DNA of 64,000 nt from contig OZ024742.1 of NCBI GenBank assembly GCA_964016885.1, forward strand, positions 274,846,001-274,910,000. The letters run 5' to 3'. Shown here in pieces: positions 12,641-26,038 of this stretch. Made by a program: the position numbers and the translations under genes. Every line of letters starts with the position of its first letter. Position 1 is the first letter of the stretch. This DNA is from Eledone cirrhosa. Its lineage: Eukaryota. The notes under the pieces were generated by a model, which was not told where the DNA came from, did no database searches, and saw only the letters and a list, made by a program, of their open reading frames with translations.

Positions 12641-14480
12641 TATGTTTATTTAATCGTCACGAGTTGGTTGTTTGTTCTATCTGTGTGTGCCTGGTTTGTT
12701 TTATTAGTTTTGTTTTTTGTATGTCTCAGTATGTCTTCATTTTGACCTTAGTTACAAGTTGTGATGTTGCTATTCCACTCCTATCGTTTGTCTGATTTTG
12801 GTTGGAGTTCGTTTATGTTTGTCGTCTCTGTAATTTGTATGACCATTCCATCTTTGCTGAGAGTGGATGTAATTTCTATCTCTATATTCTCTAATTTGCA
12901 CCTATTTCCTATTTTGGCACGTTGGTGGAGTACTGAGGAGTTTTTACCATCTTGGAGTCCTCGCCGCTATGCTACGGGCTGTTTCACCTATGTATGTTGT
13001 GTTCTAATCCCTGCACTGTCCCTCATTATATATTATGCTATATACTGTTTCCAGTTTTGCTGTTAGTTTGCGGGCTTAGTTTGCAGACTATGCATTTCCT
13101 ATCAGTGCAGCGAGTTCTTTGAAACGGATATATTTTACTAATTAGGGTTATTATGGGAATCCCTAGTCTTTCAACTATCTTAATATTGAATTGTTTTTTT
13201 AATAGAGCACTTCTAAATCTGTCACCTAGTTCGCATTGATGTAAATTACACTGGTATTTATTGCTATCATACTATGAGTTGATTTTATTTGTCTTTTTCT
13301 TAATCATTTCTATTTTATTCCAAAATTTGCTCCTAGTCATTGGGCACGTCCCATTTGCATCATTTTCTACAATATTTGCCCATTTGATCCTGGCTCCTTT
13401 ATATACTCCGATCTTGTCTCTCTGTTTGTTGACAGAGTACTATATGCAGTGGATGAAATGCTCTATGTGTCTCTATAATTATTTAGGATTGCACATGCAG
13501 GACACCTTCCGCATTACTCTTACAATACTTGCAAATAATATGTTGATATTCATGTTATCCGAAACGGCTGAGATTTGGAGGATCAAGTATTTGGAGGTCA
13601 TGGTTTTGGCATAATTCAAATGGAGGATTGTGTTCTATTATCACGTATTTCTAATCTACCCACAGTGCTGTATCTAGAACATGTAATATATGGTTGGGGT
13701 GTTTAGTTGGATAATCTATGGTACATTTAATACACTGGTGGATGGAGTTAGCTATTTGCTGGATGGTGTTCTTCTCTTATTAATTTGGGAGTGTTTTCAA
13801 GGCGGTGTTTATATAATCTACATAGTGTGAGTACATAGTCAGGGTTATAAAATTATCGCGTAAGCGTTCCTTAAGTCTTATAGCATAAGGTGCACTGAGG
13901 AACAGTATAGTAATAAGAACACAACATACATAGGCGAAACAGCACGTAGCATAGGAGAAAAGATAAGGGAAGACTGGTGAGAACTCCAAGATGGGATAAA
14001 CTCATCAGTACTCCACCAACATGCCAAAATAAAACATAGGGGCAAATTAGAGAACATACAGAAAAGATGCAACGTTCAGACAAATTATAGAGGCGACAAA
14101 CATAAACGAACACCAACCAAAATTAAACAGAAAATATGAGTGGAACAGCAACATTACAACTAGTAATTAAGGGCAAAATGATGACATACAGACACACACA
14201 GACCAAAATAATAAAACAAACCATACACGCACGGATAGAAGAAAACAACCAACTAGTGACAAGTTAAAAAACACATAAGTAAATAAATGAAAACACACAA
14301 TGTAACGCATGCGCTACACAAACACATAGCACACAACACACAAAAATAAAATGTTGTAGGACAAAGCAAAGTTGAGGAGGTCACAGAATGTGTGACGAAA
14401 TATTTATGACAATATATAAATAACTATCCCGGATATTTATAATGAATTGAAGTGAAAACTAACAGCTGCATTTGTTTTCA
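12270..14480 (-). mobile_element. Decayed PLE (same family as 16.1-20.9 kb): minus-strand body with an inverted pLTR at ~13880-14480
   Basis: Reverse-complement homology to 19530-20920. HHR motifs at 12453-12497 (-) and 14372-14410 (+, damaged). Confidence 0.8.
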
Positions 14481-14561
14481 TAGGCGGCATATCCTCCCAA
14501 TATATATATATATATATGTATATTTGTGTGTGTACCGGGTTATCTCAAAAGTATGTTTTCG

Positions 14562-14610
<49 letters not shown>

Positions 14611-14889
14611 CATGTAAAAAGAGGATTAACACGGATAAGCGATATAATGGTGTTCCTTCGAAGAATTAACCTATGTTCCATCACCTGTTTAGTAATTGAT
14701 TCTTCTCTTGAAACCGCTATCATTAATATTCGATTGACAATTGTGAAATTAAATTTTAATTACATGAAATAATACACCAGTGAATTTCTGCTGGACCGGC
14801 AATCGCTCTGTATAATCAGCTTCTGATTATTAGTGGAATTCTATAAGAATTCAGCTTTTATAATTTTCACCGGAAGCAGGCGAGTACGT

Positions 14890-14931
14890 GGCTCTGATGA
14901 ACGCCAACCAGCGTGAAACAGACTGTCAGCT
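14890..14931 (+). ncRNA. Type I hammerhead, fully canonical core
   Basis: GGCT CTGATGA ACGC CAACCA GCGT GAAA CAG A CTG TC AGCT. Cleavage predicted after C14927; lies in a (TA)-flanked block at ~14610-15060. Confidence 0.85.
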
Positions 14932-15069
14932 TCTCTCCCTTCTTTCGCCGAAAATAAGTAAGTGACATAGTCGCTACATTAAAACTGATAGCGTATAGTT
15001 TTCTAAATATTTATAATTAAACATACGGTATATTGGCAAATATACTATACATACATTTATATATATATA

Positions 15070-15459
15070 ACAATAATTGTTTCTACTTTTGGCACAAGGC
15101 CAGCAATTACCCAGTGTATTGCTGGTATTTTATTATATCAACCCTGTAAGGATGAAAGGCAAAGTTAACCTCGTGGGATTTGAACTCAGATCATAAAGGG
15201 ACGTAACTCTACGCTCCAAAGCATGGTGTCCGACTCTCTACCGATACTGCCAATACACCGCCCTTAATAATAATTGTTTCTACTTTAGGCACAAGGCCAG
15301 CAATTACCCAGTGCATTACTGGTACTTTATTTTATCGACCCCGTAAGGATGAAAGGCAAAGTCAACCTCGGCGGGATTTGAACTCAGATCGTAAAGGGAC
15401 GTAACTATGCTGGAAAGCATGGCATCTGACCCTCTACCGATACTGCCAATCCACCGCCC
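15070..15459 (-). mobile_element. Two tandem tRNA-derived SINEs
   Basis: A-box-like TGGCAGTATCGG, B-box GAGTTCAAATCC, central GCCTTTCATCCTTACGGGGTCGATAAAATAAAGTACC (Meta-domain-like) and (ATT)n tail. Confidence 0.85.
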
Positions 15460-16109
15460 TTCCGATACTGCCAATCCAATAATAATGATAGTTATGTATA
15501 TACTATACTATAAACAACTATAAACAGGAAAGGTCAGTAATTTATTACTACCTTATTACCAGTAAGAGAAAAAGCTCAATGTTTTACAGAGCAGGAATAT
15601 AAATTACACAAATATCAAAGCTATGTTCAAATTACTTAATCGCTGACAATTTTTCTTCCAAATTTTAGTTTGGGATCATCGGAGCATTATCAATGTTCGT
15701 ACATATAATTAACCTCCTATTCAATTGAACAATCATATAGATAGATATATATTGATGTCGTGAACAATAGTTTCGTATTTACATGGTGTAGTGGATGCGA
15801 CATATATTATACGAGAATCGTACAATAATTCAAATTAAAATTAAAAGCACAGAGTGGAATACATGCAACAGATAATACAAGAGAATAGTCTAATAATTAA
15901 AGAGGTATTGAGAAAGAAGTACATATTCAAGCGTGTAGAGATTGCGCATGCGTTAGTCATATATATGAGAAGGAAACAAGCAAAGGTAAAAGGCATTGCA
16001 AGGTATTACATAAATTATTAGGTATTAGGTATGGCAAGGTAATACATAAAATACAAGCACTTTAAGCGAATATGTTAATGTATTATGGAGGATGTAATGC
16101 GATGATAGT

Positions 16110-19100
16110 TTCTGTAGAGTATAAATTTGTATGTAAGATAAGAAATGCATAATCTGTAAACTAAGCCCCCCTATTAACTGTAAAACTAGAAATGTAGTAT
16201 ATAGCATAAGACGTAGTGAAGGACAATGTAAAGATAAGAATATAGTGTACATAGGTGAGACAGCTCGTAGTATAGGAGAACGGTTAAATGAACACTGGCG
16301 AGAGCTTCAAGATAAAAGAGAATCATCGATACTCCACCAACATGCTAAAATAGAACATAATGGCAAATTAGAGAACATAGAATTAAAAATAGAATCTACA
16401 CACAGAAAAGACGCAATGTTTAGACAAATCACAGAGGCAATAAACATAGATGAACTCCAACCAAAATTAAATAGAAAACATGAATGGAATAGCAACATCA
16501 CAACTTACAATTAAGGACAAAATGAAAACACACACACATATAGAACAAACAACCAACCAGTAACATGTAAATAAACAAATAAATAAACAAATAAAACACA
16601 CACAGACACCCGGATGTAACACATGAGCAAACTAAGCACACAACTCACACAAAAACAAGATGGCGGAGGACAGAACAAAGGAGAGGCACAGAACAAAGAA
16701 AAGAATCCCCAGTCACTGAAGAGAACACAGAATGTGTGGCGAAAGAACTTTGACAATACATGAACAACTGTCCGGTTGTGGAACCAACCAACCAACCGGA
16801 AATTTATGAATTTATAAATTTAATTTATAATAAATTGAAGTGAAAGAAACTGGTGCGTGTGATTCTTATTGGCAACATGATCCTCCCAAAGTATAACAAT
16901 ATCGGTTTCAACAGACGTTTTCAGATAAAGAATCTTGCTAAACAAATTCAGAAACAAAATAGCTTAAGCCTTAGCCAGGCTAACAAGATACTGAAAACCA
17001 CCATGTTCTGTTGTCTACGAAAAACAATAACATCTCGACAACTACACTTCATAAAAGAATGTGCCTCATCTCGAGTTTACACCAACACCATCAACACCGA
17101 TGTAAGAAGATTACAACTTACCAAAAAGCAAGCAGATGGGCTAAAACTAACACTAATTCTAAACATAATAAAGAAGAGTTACATCAAGAAAAACATAAGC
17201 GTAACCTAATACAAGAAATAACTAAGATCACCACACCAAGAGAAAAATTAATATATATAACGTGACGAAGAAAAGTACATCATCCGGCAGTGCAACAAGC
17301 ACTTTAACAAGAAATTAAAGTGGCTCAAACAGATGAAACTAAACCAAGTTACTTCAGAGAATAGAGATAAATATCCAGACAAGATTGGTGGTATAAACAT
17401 GGCCGACATCTCATTAACGGATGAATTCAACAACAACAACACAAATATATACGGCAACACCACAATCGAGTCTGATGAATTATCGATATTACAGCTACCA
17501 CCTAAATATGCCACATATAATAAGGTAAATATGATAAGATGCTTGTCAGAAATAGAAAAATCATTTACAAAATTACGTTCAGCCTTAAAAACAACAACAA
17601 CAAAAACAAAATCAAAAGTAACAACATACGCACACACACACACACATACAACACACATCCCAACAACAACAGACACACAAACACAAACAACGATAACAAC
17701 AACAACACACACATCAACAATAATAACATACTCAGAGACAACAACAGACACACAGACACAGACAACAATAACAACAACAACACACAACAATAATAACATA
17801 CATGGAGACAACAACAACACACATCAACAACAGCACACATCAACAACAACAACAACAACAACAACACACACACATTCAATGCCTCTCACCACCACTACAA
17901 TCTTAACAAACACACAGACACAGAAAACAGGTAATGACAGTAGCACAGAAATAAGGGAAGGTAATGGGATTGAAAGGAGATGGGAGACTATGGACAGAGA
18001 AAATAACTAGGAATACACGCAGACACACAAAATAGAGTAGATAATAACAATGAGCCAGGGGAAAGAGACAGGAGTAATAATGAGAGACATAGAAACAACC
18101 ACGAGGCTGTTGGTGGAAATAGAAATAGAAACAACACAACTAACAATAACAATAGCATTAGTACACATAAAGCAGCAACCTGGAACTCTACTTTTTATAA
18201 TCCTTCCGATAAATCGTTCGACCTGCGACGAGTCCGCGCCACGGCTTTAGCTTTTAACAAACGCACGCAATTGCCGTCGCAGGTCGATGAACAAACAGAA
18301 GCACAATTTAGTATAGCTAGATCTACACTTAGAAATATTATAGGACAGTATAGCAAGAAGCATAATAGAATGGAGGCCCAGCAACTGGGAGAAAAATCTG
18401 CAAATGACTTGCGTAAGCTCATGCAGCGCTCGCGTAATGGAGAGATTGCATGCTTTCCAACAGACAAGTCTGACAGAATGTCGGTTGAAAGTCTTTCAAA
18501 CTACATCCAGGCAATGCAATCCCACATCACTAACACAAGAGAAGTAACACCACAAAGCATGAGGATAGGGAGAAAACCCTCAATGCCCATATGATGATGT
18601 GGACAAACATAATGCAGCCCAATAAAAGGACTGCCAACAACTTCCAGGCCTGGAACAATGACGTGCCAGCGTTGTATGGGCTTCGAAAAGACCATAAGAC
18701 GAACAGTGACCCTGTCACAGGACCACCAACACGGCCAGTCTGTGGAGCTAACAATGCTAGTAACTACAGACTTTCCTACTTCCTCTCCCTGATCATACGC
18801 CCCATCATATTAATGTCCCCAGATATATGTGATAGCACGAGGACCTTCTCAGCAGAATCAGCGAAAATAACCGATCTAGAGACCTAACAGACTGTATAAT
18901 AGGTAGTATGGATGTTGTGTCCCTATATCCATCCATTGACGTGGATTTTGCTGTGGGGAAATGCGTAGAAATGATCAGTGAGAACAATGTTGAATTCCGT
19001 GGGATTGATACCAGTGAGCTGGGACTCCTACTTAAACTTACCTATCGTAATGATTATAAGGATACGTATGACCTTAGTAACCTGTGCCCTACAAGACCAG

Positions 19101-20920
19101 CACGAGGCAGACCACCTATCATTAACTCAATTGCCTAGAAAACCAACACAGAAAGATGGAACGGGTGGACCAGAGCCATATGGACCCCCGAAAACCACGA
19201 TGAACTAAAGAAAATGATTGCACATGCGGTGGGGGCCAGTATAAACTAACCCTTAAGGAACATATGTTCAAATTTAATGGAAAAACATATGCCCAAGAGG
19301 AGGGAGCAGCCATTGTAGTTAGCATTGCAGGTGACATAGCTAGCCTATTCATGGTATGGTGGGACAATAAACTTAAACTTAAACTTAAAGAAAAATTAGA
19401 AGACAGCAACCTCTTAACCCTGATTATGTACTCCCGCTACGTTGATGATATAAATATCGTAGTAAAAACACCCCCACTAGAGAACAGTCAGGAATTAGAG
19501 AAAAACACCATGGAAAGCATCCAGCAAATAGCTAACTCCATCCACCAGAGTATTAGAGTTACTATAGACTACCAAGCAAACACCCCAACCTGTACTAGAC
19601 ACAGAGCTCTGGTTAGAAACCATTAATAACAAAAAACAAATCCTCCATTCCCATTATGCCAAACCCATGTCATCCAAATATCCGATCCACCGAAACTCAG
19701 CTGTTTCGGATCACACCAAAATCAACATACTGATTGCGGGTTTGGTACGGGTAATGAGAAACGTATCCCGCATGTGCAACCCCAAAGAACTAAAGAGACA
19801 CATACACCACTTCATCCACCGTATGCAGTTCTCTGGTTACAATCAGAGAGATAAAATCGGAGTATAGGAGCAAATTTTGGAATAGAATAGAAAGAACTAG
19901 GAATAAGGTTAATAGAATAAACTGATGGTATGATAGCAATAAATACCAGAGTGTAATGTTCATCAATACAACCTCTCGGGGTGAATTAGCTTACAAATTT
20001 AGAAGGGCCCTAGATATACTTAAACTTAATATTAAGATAGTAGAAAGACCAAGTACCTCCATAAAAACACTTATTAGTTATACATACCCTTTTCAAAGAC
20101 CTCCCTGTATAGATGAGAAATGCATAATCTGTAAATTAAGCCCCCATATTAACTGTAAAACTAGAAATAACATAAGATGTACTGAAGGACAATGTAAAGA
20201 TAATGATATAGTGCACATAGGTGAGGCAGCTCGTAGTATAGGAGAACGGTTAAATGAACACTGGCGAGAGCTTCAAGATAAAAAAGAATCATCAATACTC
20301 CACCAACATGCTAAAATAGAACATAAGGGCAAATTAGAGAACATAGAAATAAAAATAGAATCTACACACAGAAAAGACGCAATGTTTAGACAAATCACAG
20401 AGGCAATAAACATAGATGAACTCCAACCAAAATTAAATAGAAAACATGAATGGAATAGCAACATCACAACTTACAATTAAGGACAACATGAAAACACACA
20501 CACATAGAACAAACAACCAACCAGTAACATGTAAATAAACAAATAAATAAACAAATAAAAACACACACAGACACACGGATGTAACACATGCGTAAACTAA
20601 GCACACAACTCACACAAAAACAAGATGGCGTAGGACAGAACAAAGGAGAGGCACAAAACAAAGTAAAGAATCTACAGTCACTGAAGAGGTCACAGAATGT
20701 GTGACAAAAGAACTTTGACAATATATGAACAACCGTCCGGTTGTGGAACCAACCAACCAACCGGAAATTTATAAGTTTATAAATTTAATTTATAATAAAT
20801 TGGAGTGAAAACAACTGGTGCGTGTGTATCTTATTGGCAACATGACGCTCCAAAAGTATAACAATATCAGTTTCAACACACGTTTTCAGATAAAGAATCT
20901 TGCTAAACAAATTCAGAAAC
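16110..20920 (+). mobile_element. Near full-length frameshifted PLE with direct pseudo-LTRs (~16110-16955 and ~20090-20920)
   Basis: LYGLRKDHK..TRPVCG, MDVVSLYP, QEEGAAI, YSRYVDD, and GIY-YIG (YIGETARSIGERLNEH...EAINI...LN). The pLTR includes the ORF 3' end and an HHR (16712-16754, 20677-20719); the element ends at (TA)n. Confidence 0.92.
16712..16754 (+). ncRNA. pLTR hammerhead (four related copies in the window)
   Basis: Consensus GTCA CTGARGA G GTCACA GAATG TGTGAC GAAA GAACT T TGAC; each copy carries some decay. Confidence 0.65.
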
Positions 20921-20921
20921 G

Positions 20922-20967
<46 letters not shown>

Positions 20968-20975
<8 letters not shown>

Positions 20976-21367
20976 AGGTTTGTCCTCATCAGTGGCCTTC
21001 CAACCGTCGTAGGCATTTCGTCGCATTAAAGGCCATATACCTCAGGTTGGTGCAAGCAACGGCTAAAAAAAGTCGTTGGGACACGTAAATAAGGGGGACG
21101 CTAGGGTAAACAAACAAAATGGTTTAAGCAACAGAAAGTGTGGGACTTGTTTCTTCTTCATCACTTTCTGTTGCTTAAACCATTTTGTTTGTTTACCCTA
21201 GCGTCCCCCTTATTTACGTGTCCCAACGTCTTTTTTTAGCCGTTGCTCGCACCAATCTGAGGTATATGGCCTTTAATGCGACGAAATGCCTACGACGGTT
21301 GGAAGGCCACTGATGAGGACAAACTTTTTCATATGTAACCCATTTGCAGCGCCGCAGCTCCATTATT

Positions 21368-21370
<3 letters not shown>
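20968..21370. repeat. Inverted duplication (~20968-21140 / ~21162-21335) between (TA)n tracts
   Basis: The arms are reverse complements, which also gives mirrored ORFs 20900 (+) and 21214 (-). Confidence 0.85.
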
Positions 21371-21450
<80 letters not shown>

Positions 21451-21693
21451 GTATATATTCTTTTCAATATGGTCTACCCTTTGTGGTAGGATCCGTACCA
21501 TGGATAGAACTCAATGAAATCTGATAGCGAGTAATCCAGTGAAATTCATACAAATGTTTCCGTGTTCCGCTGAGTTAATTACATAGATACAGTGTCTGAT
21601 AATAGATATTAATTTAACAAGGGAAATAATAACAATTTCATGTTATTTTACCTATTCATGTCGATCAGACCTTTTTCTTCGGAAACACACACT

Positions 21694-21734
<41 letters not shown>

Positions 21735-22043
21735 GGCCTTGCAATCGAAAGGTTGTGATTTCAATTCTCAGACCGGGTGATGTGTTGTTTCCTTGAGCAA
21801 GACACTTTATTTCACATTGCTCCAGTTTACTCAGCTGTAGAAATTAGATGATAGGGACTGGGGTCCCTATCATTCCACTGCAAAGTGGTCGTGTAGGTGC
21901 CACGGCAAAAAAGCACCCAGCACTCACTGTAAATGAGGTTGGTGTTAGGAAGGGCATCCAGCTGTAGAAATCAAGCCAAAATCAGTTCCCGTCCCACCAT
22001 TGCAAGCAGGGAAAAGCGGACGTAAAATGAAATGATGATGATG

Positions 22044-22045
<2 letters not shown>
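21735..22045 (+). mobile_element. Degenerate SINE with CORE-like and V-like blocks
   Basis: ccttgagcaagacacttta, gttggtgttaggaagggcatccagctgtagaaa and a (GAT)n tail. Confidence 0.65.
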
Positions 22046-22075
<30 letters not shown>

Positions 22076-22256
22076 GTGAGGTTTTTTTTACAAAATGAAA
22101 AATAACCGAGGTGGCCTACACGAGTGAAAGTATAAAGAAAAAGAGATGAAATCGAAAATGCAACTGGAGTCTTATTTTTTTTTAAATATATATATTTATT
22201 TGGTTCCTATATTTTTTTTTTAAATAAGACTCCAGTTGCATTTTCGATTTCATCTC

Positions 22257-22303
<47 letters not shown>

Positions 22304-22539
22304 AAGTAGTACTATATGCTAACGAAGTCTTGAAAAAGAAGCAACACCAAAGTTCAGCAGTAAGTTTAATTCGATCTTTATGATTTCTTCTATATTTCTT
22401 TTCAGATTCTATCTGACTGATGTGTGCATAGCTGTTGCAGAACGGCTATCACTGATATACATATATAACAGTGACTATGAATAAACGAAGTTAGACTTAA
22501 TCTATTGAATTATACTTCTTCCATATGTATATATATGTG

Positions 22540-22605
<66 letters not shown>

Positions 22606-22619
22606 AAGAGTTAAACAAA

Positions 22620-24890
22620 ATTCAATGAGTATATCAAAGAATGAGTTTTACAGTAGATTGGATGCCCCCCCCCCCCTTGCTTCTGTCGCAGTTAAAACAC
22701 CAATCGCAAAATTATTCTTTAAAGCTCTTGACACCTCTTTCCCTACTCAACATAAATACCATTCCATTTTTAATAGATATACCATTAAATTCTCGTATTC
22801 TACAACCAGTAACATGGCCTAAAACATCGCCAAATTAAACACTAAAATCCTAAAACAAAACCAGCATAATGATATTAATAATAGAGTTAACATAGATGAT
22901 ACTAAACCTAAATGTAATTGTCGAAATAAAACTGATTGCCCTTTGAAAAATAATTTTCTAGATAGTAATTTGGTTTATAAATGCACCGTCAAAACTGATC
23001 ACAACACATACAACTACATAGGATCGACTTCTTCCACTTTTAAAGCCAGATTTGCGAACCATAAATGCTCATTCTCGAACTCGAAAAGGAAATCATCCAC
23101 GTCTTTATCACAGCTCATATGGTCATTAAAAGAGAAGAATTTAAAATACTCCATTCTTTGGACAAAACGTTGGAACTGTGGAGTTTACCACAACTCTAGT
23201 ATATCAAATAACTGCTCACTCTGTACAATGGAAACCCTGTTGATTATTAATAACTACGAGACCCTAATTAACAAAAAAAGTAAATTATTCTCTAGTTGCC
23301 TCCATAAAACTACGTCCACATTCTTAGCCTCCCACAAAACGAGAAAAAGAAAAGAGAGAGAAACATTAAACCATTAAAAACTTGGTTTTCAGACGTATAA
23401 AATCAACAGGGAAAACCTTTAGTGGCCTTTAATATTGCACTATCTTATAACTATCTATAGAAGAAATAACGCTCGCATGAAAGACACTTGTTCAATAGCA
23501 TGCCGGAACATTGATACACATAACATTATTCTGTTAACTTTGATCCATACCATTATTTCTTTATTTCTCTATCCTCATCTTCCTATTTAAGTTTTAAATC
23601 TGAGTTTTATATCCAACCCTTACATCTTTACTGAACTTATTTATAACTGTGAATTTTTCATGCGTTTCTGATCTCTTATTTATAATATGTATGTAATTAT
23701 ATTTTCTATGTTTTTAAATATACCTACCGCATTCTTATATCCATGATTCAAATATAGAGCAAATATCCAAATTACAAATTATTATAAACATTATTTTGAA
23801 CTATGAATTATCCATGCATTTATTATTGTTTTTCTTATATATATATATGTAATTAACTTTAACACGTAGAACTTTATTATATAAAATTATATCCGTTATC
23901 ATTTACCTAAAGTATACTGTATAACTAATACCTAATATAAGATATATCCATATATAACTCCCTGTATCTTTCTATACATAATTTTCAGTTAACTTCGAAA
24001 TTTTTTGATTGTTTTTAATTTGAGCTAGGAATAATTAATACATTTACACACGGTCATATATGGGTATATATTTAACTCTAACATGCCTCAATCTATTATT
24101 TTATTTTTATTTTTATTTTCATTATCATTTAGCTAAAATATACTGACTCATTAATTAATATATATCTATATACATAACCGTTATTTGAATATTTCTAACA
24201 ATAAGTACTTCAAAAGCTTTATATACCTAATACGTTGACAATGATTAACTTCATTAAAGATTACATTTAGGAAAATATTCAACAGTGTAAACTTTGCTAT
24301 TAATGGCCAGCTAAATCCTTTAACTGTTATCCTCAAAAAATTCAGAAGCTTAGAAATGTTAACACACTTATAAAATTTACAAAACTAATATATAAATAAC
24401 CACCAATTTAAAAAAACAACTAAAATCTTGATTCTTCACCCTAAGATAACATAAATTAAATATTTTCAAACTTAACTGTTTAACTTTCGCAAAAAAATCT
24501 CCTTCTGCATACATTACCCCCCCCCCCCCCCCTCATCTTTTCCTCTCTCTCACTGACTGTTATAATTCATGAATTGCTTTCGTAGATAAATTATATATCA
24601 TACATATTAAAATCTCGATAACTGGTATATTAAGCAACGTTTTTCTTACTCACACATTCTCTATTGAATTTATTACGTTTTCGCATTTTCTCATTATTAG
24701 GGTATAAATGTTAAATTTTCTCTTAGGTTAATCACTACCTTGATTAAATCTTAACCATTTAACATATCAGGGTATGTCATGTATCATTATATTTTGTCTG
24801 ATAAGGACGTACTGTTGTACATTCGAAATATGTATAATAAAATGTAATTGATCAAAAGAACATCTATTTTATTAATATTTATATTCTAAT
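22620..24890 (+). mobile_element. PLE 3' portion (GIY-YIG) with a long AT-rich 3' region and a terminal HHR (24791-24843, G8A)
   Basis: CNCRNKTDCP, LVYKC..YIGST...FKARFANH...CSLC...CLH. HHR reads ATTTTGT CTGATAA GGACGTAC TGTT GTACATTC GAA ATATGTAT A ATAAAAT. Confidence 0.82.
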
Positions 24891-24904
24891 ATATATATAT
24901 ATAT

Positions 24905-25990
24905 ATTAGAATGTGAGGTTTTTTTTTACAAAATGAAAAATAACTGAGGTGTCCTACACGAGTGAAAGTATAAGGAAAAAAGATGAAATCTAAAATACAA
25001 CTCGAGTCTTTTTTTTTAATTTATTTGTTTCCTTTACCGGTTTCGCAGTTCTTCTGCTTTTCAAAAGTAGAATTGAGATGGCGGGTCTGTAGTTTTATAT
25101 ATATATACACATGGTAAAAAAACCGGTCGGTTATATCTGTACCCGAATTTGGTAGAGTACTCAGGGCCAAGAATTTCATCGGTATAGTAAATTCAACAAC
25201 AAATTATCAAAACATAGTTTAGAACACTTGTTTCTCCCAAATTAATCAACTTTTACTTCGGCTCTCGTTTTAAGGAAAGTAGTTTCGTAACCTTTGCAAG
25301 ATATGTTTTTACTCTGTCATCGATGCACAACTCACAGGAAATCAAATATCTCCTTATGACCTGGATTTGGTGTGACATTTCCATTGAAAATTCTGCATTC
25401 TTGAGTGGCAATACGTTGCTTGAATTGTCAGGTTCCTGAGCGATAGCTTATCAGAGTTCGTTAATTCGACTGATGGTAAAGGAAGAGTTCTTGAAACAGA
25501 CCCTCCGACATTTGCACAAATGTTTTGAACTTCTGTTATTGATTCACTCGACTGGGTGTAATTCAGGTTCGCAGACAACTGCGGTTGCGTTACACTGTTC
25601 TTTTTGGGGCAATGAATCCTGCTTTCTACATGTGGTGGAGAGCTCTTGAAGTTGGTGGTAATGTGGTTCTTTATTCTTTTAGCATAGGAATATCCGAGTT
25701 TCAACCCGTGTCTATTAAAAATAGATCTGTATTTATGCCCTATAGGGTCATGCTTCTCTAGGAGTGCTAAGAATATCTTACCTAAATACTTTCTAGCTCC
25801 AAGTGAAAGGGGTTGGTAGAACCACATTTTTCGGGGGGTTTTTTGGTTTTTTCTACTAGTAGTGTGATTAGGAAGGGAGTTTGTGTTTCAGGCTGATTGC
25901 TCTCCCAACTTCGGATATAAACTCCCTGTTTTTTGTAGAAAACTCTACAACGGAGTAGCAGATTCTTTAAACCTGCACCATGTGGAAGAT
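24905..25990 (-). mobile_element. Decayed PLE with a U3-A8 minimal HHR at 25032-25067
   Basis: WFYQP...HKYRSIFNRHGLKLGYS (ORF 25354). HHR reads CTT TTGAAAA GCAG AAGAA CTGC GAA ACCGGT A AAG. The terminal piece recurs at ~22068-22260. Confidence 0.75.
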
Positions 25991-26038
25991 TAGCATACTA
26001 CCCTGTGATCACTATTTCTATCATTGTGTCCTATATCT

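Noticed and set aside
15070-15459. tRNA genes
   Set aside because: The A/B boxes belong to SINE heads; there is no complete cloverleaf.
16890-16930. Minus-strand CTGAAAA...GAAAC in the pLTR (also ~20860-20895)
   Set aside because: Antisense to the ORF, weak stems and not conserved in the 12.3-kb copy; the sense HHR is at 16712.
21266-21345. CTGATGA preceded by a TGGCCTT/AAGGCCA helix (mirror at ~20985)
   Set aside because: No GAAA or stem III follows and an HDV fold could not be completed; at most a broken ribozyme.
22410-22475. CTGACTGA followed by the hairpin ATAGCTGTT/AACGGCTAT
   Set aside because: The core has an insertion and GATA in place of GAAA; insufficient support.
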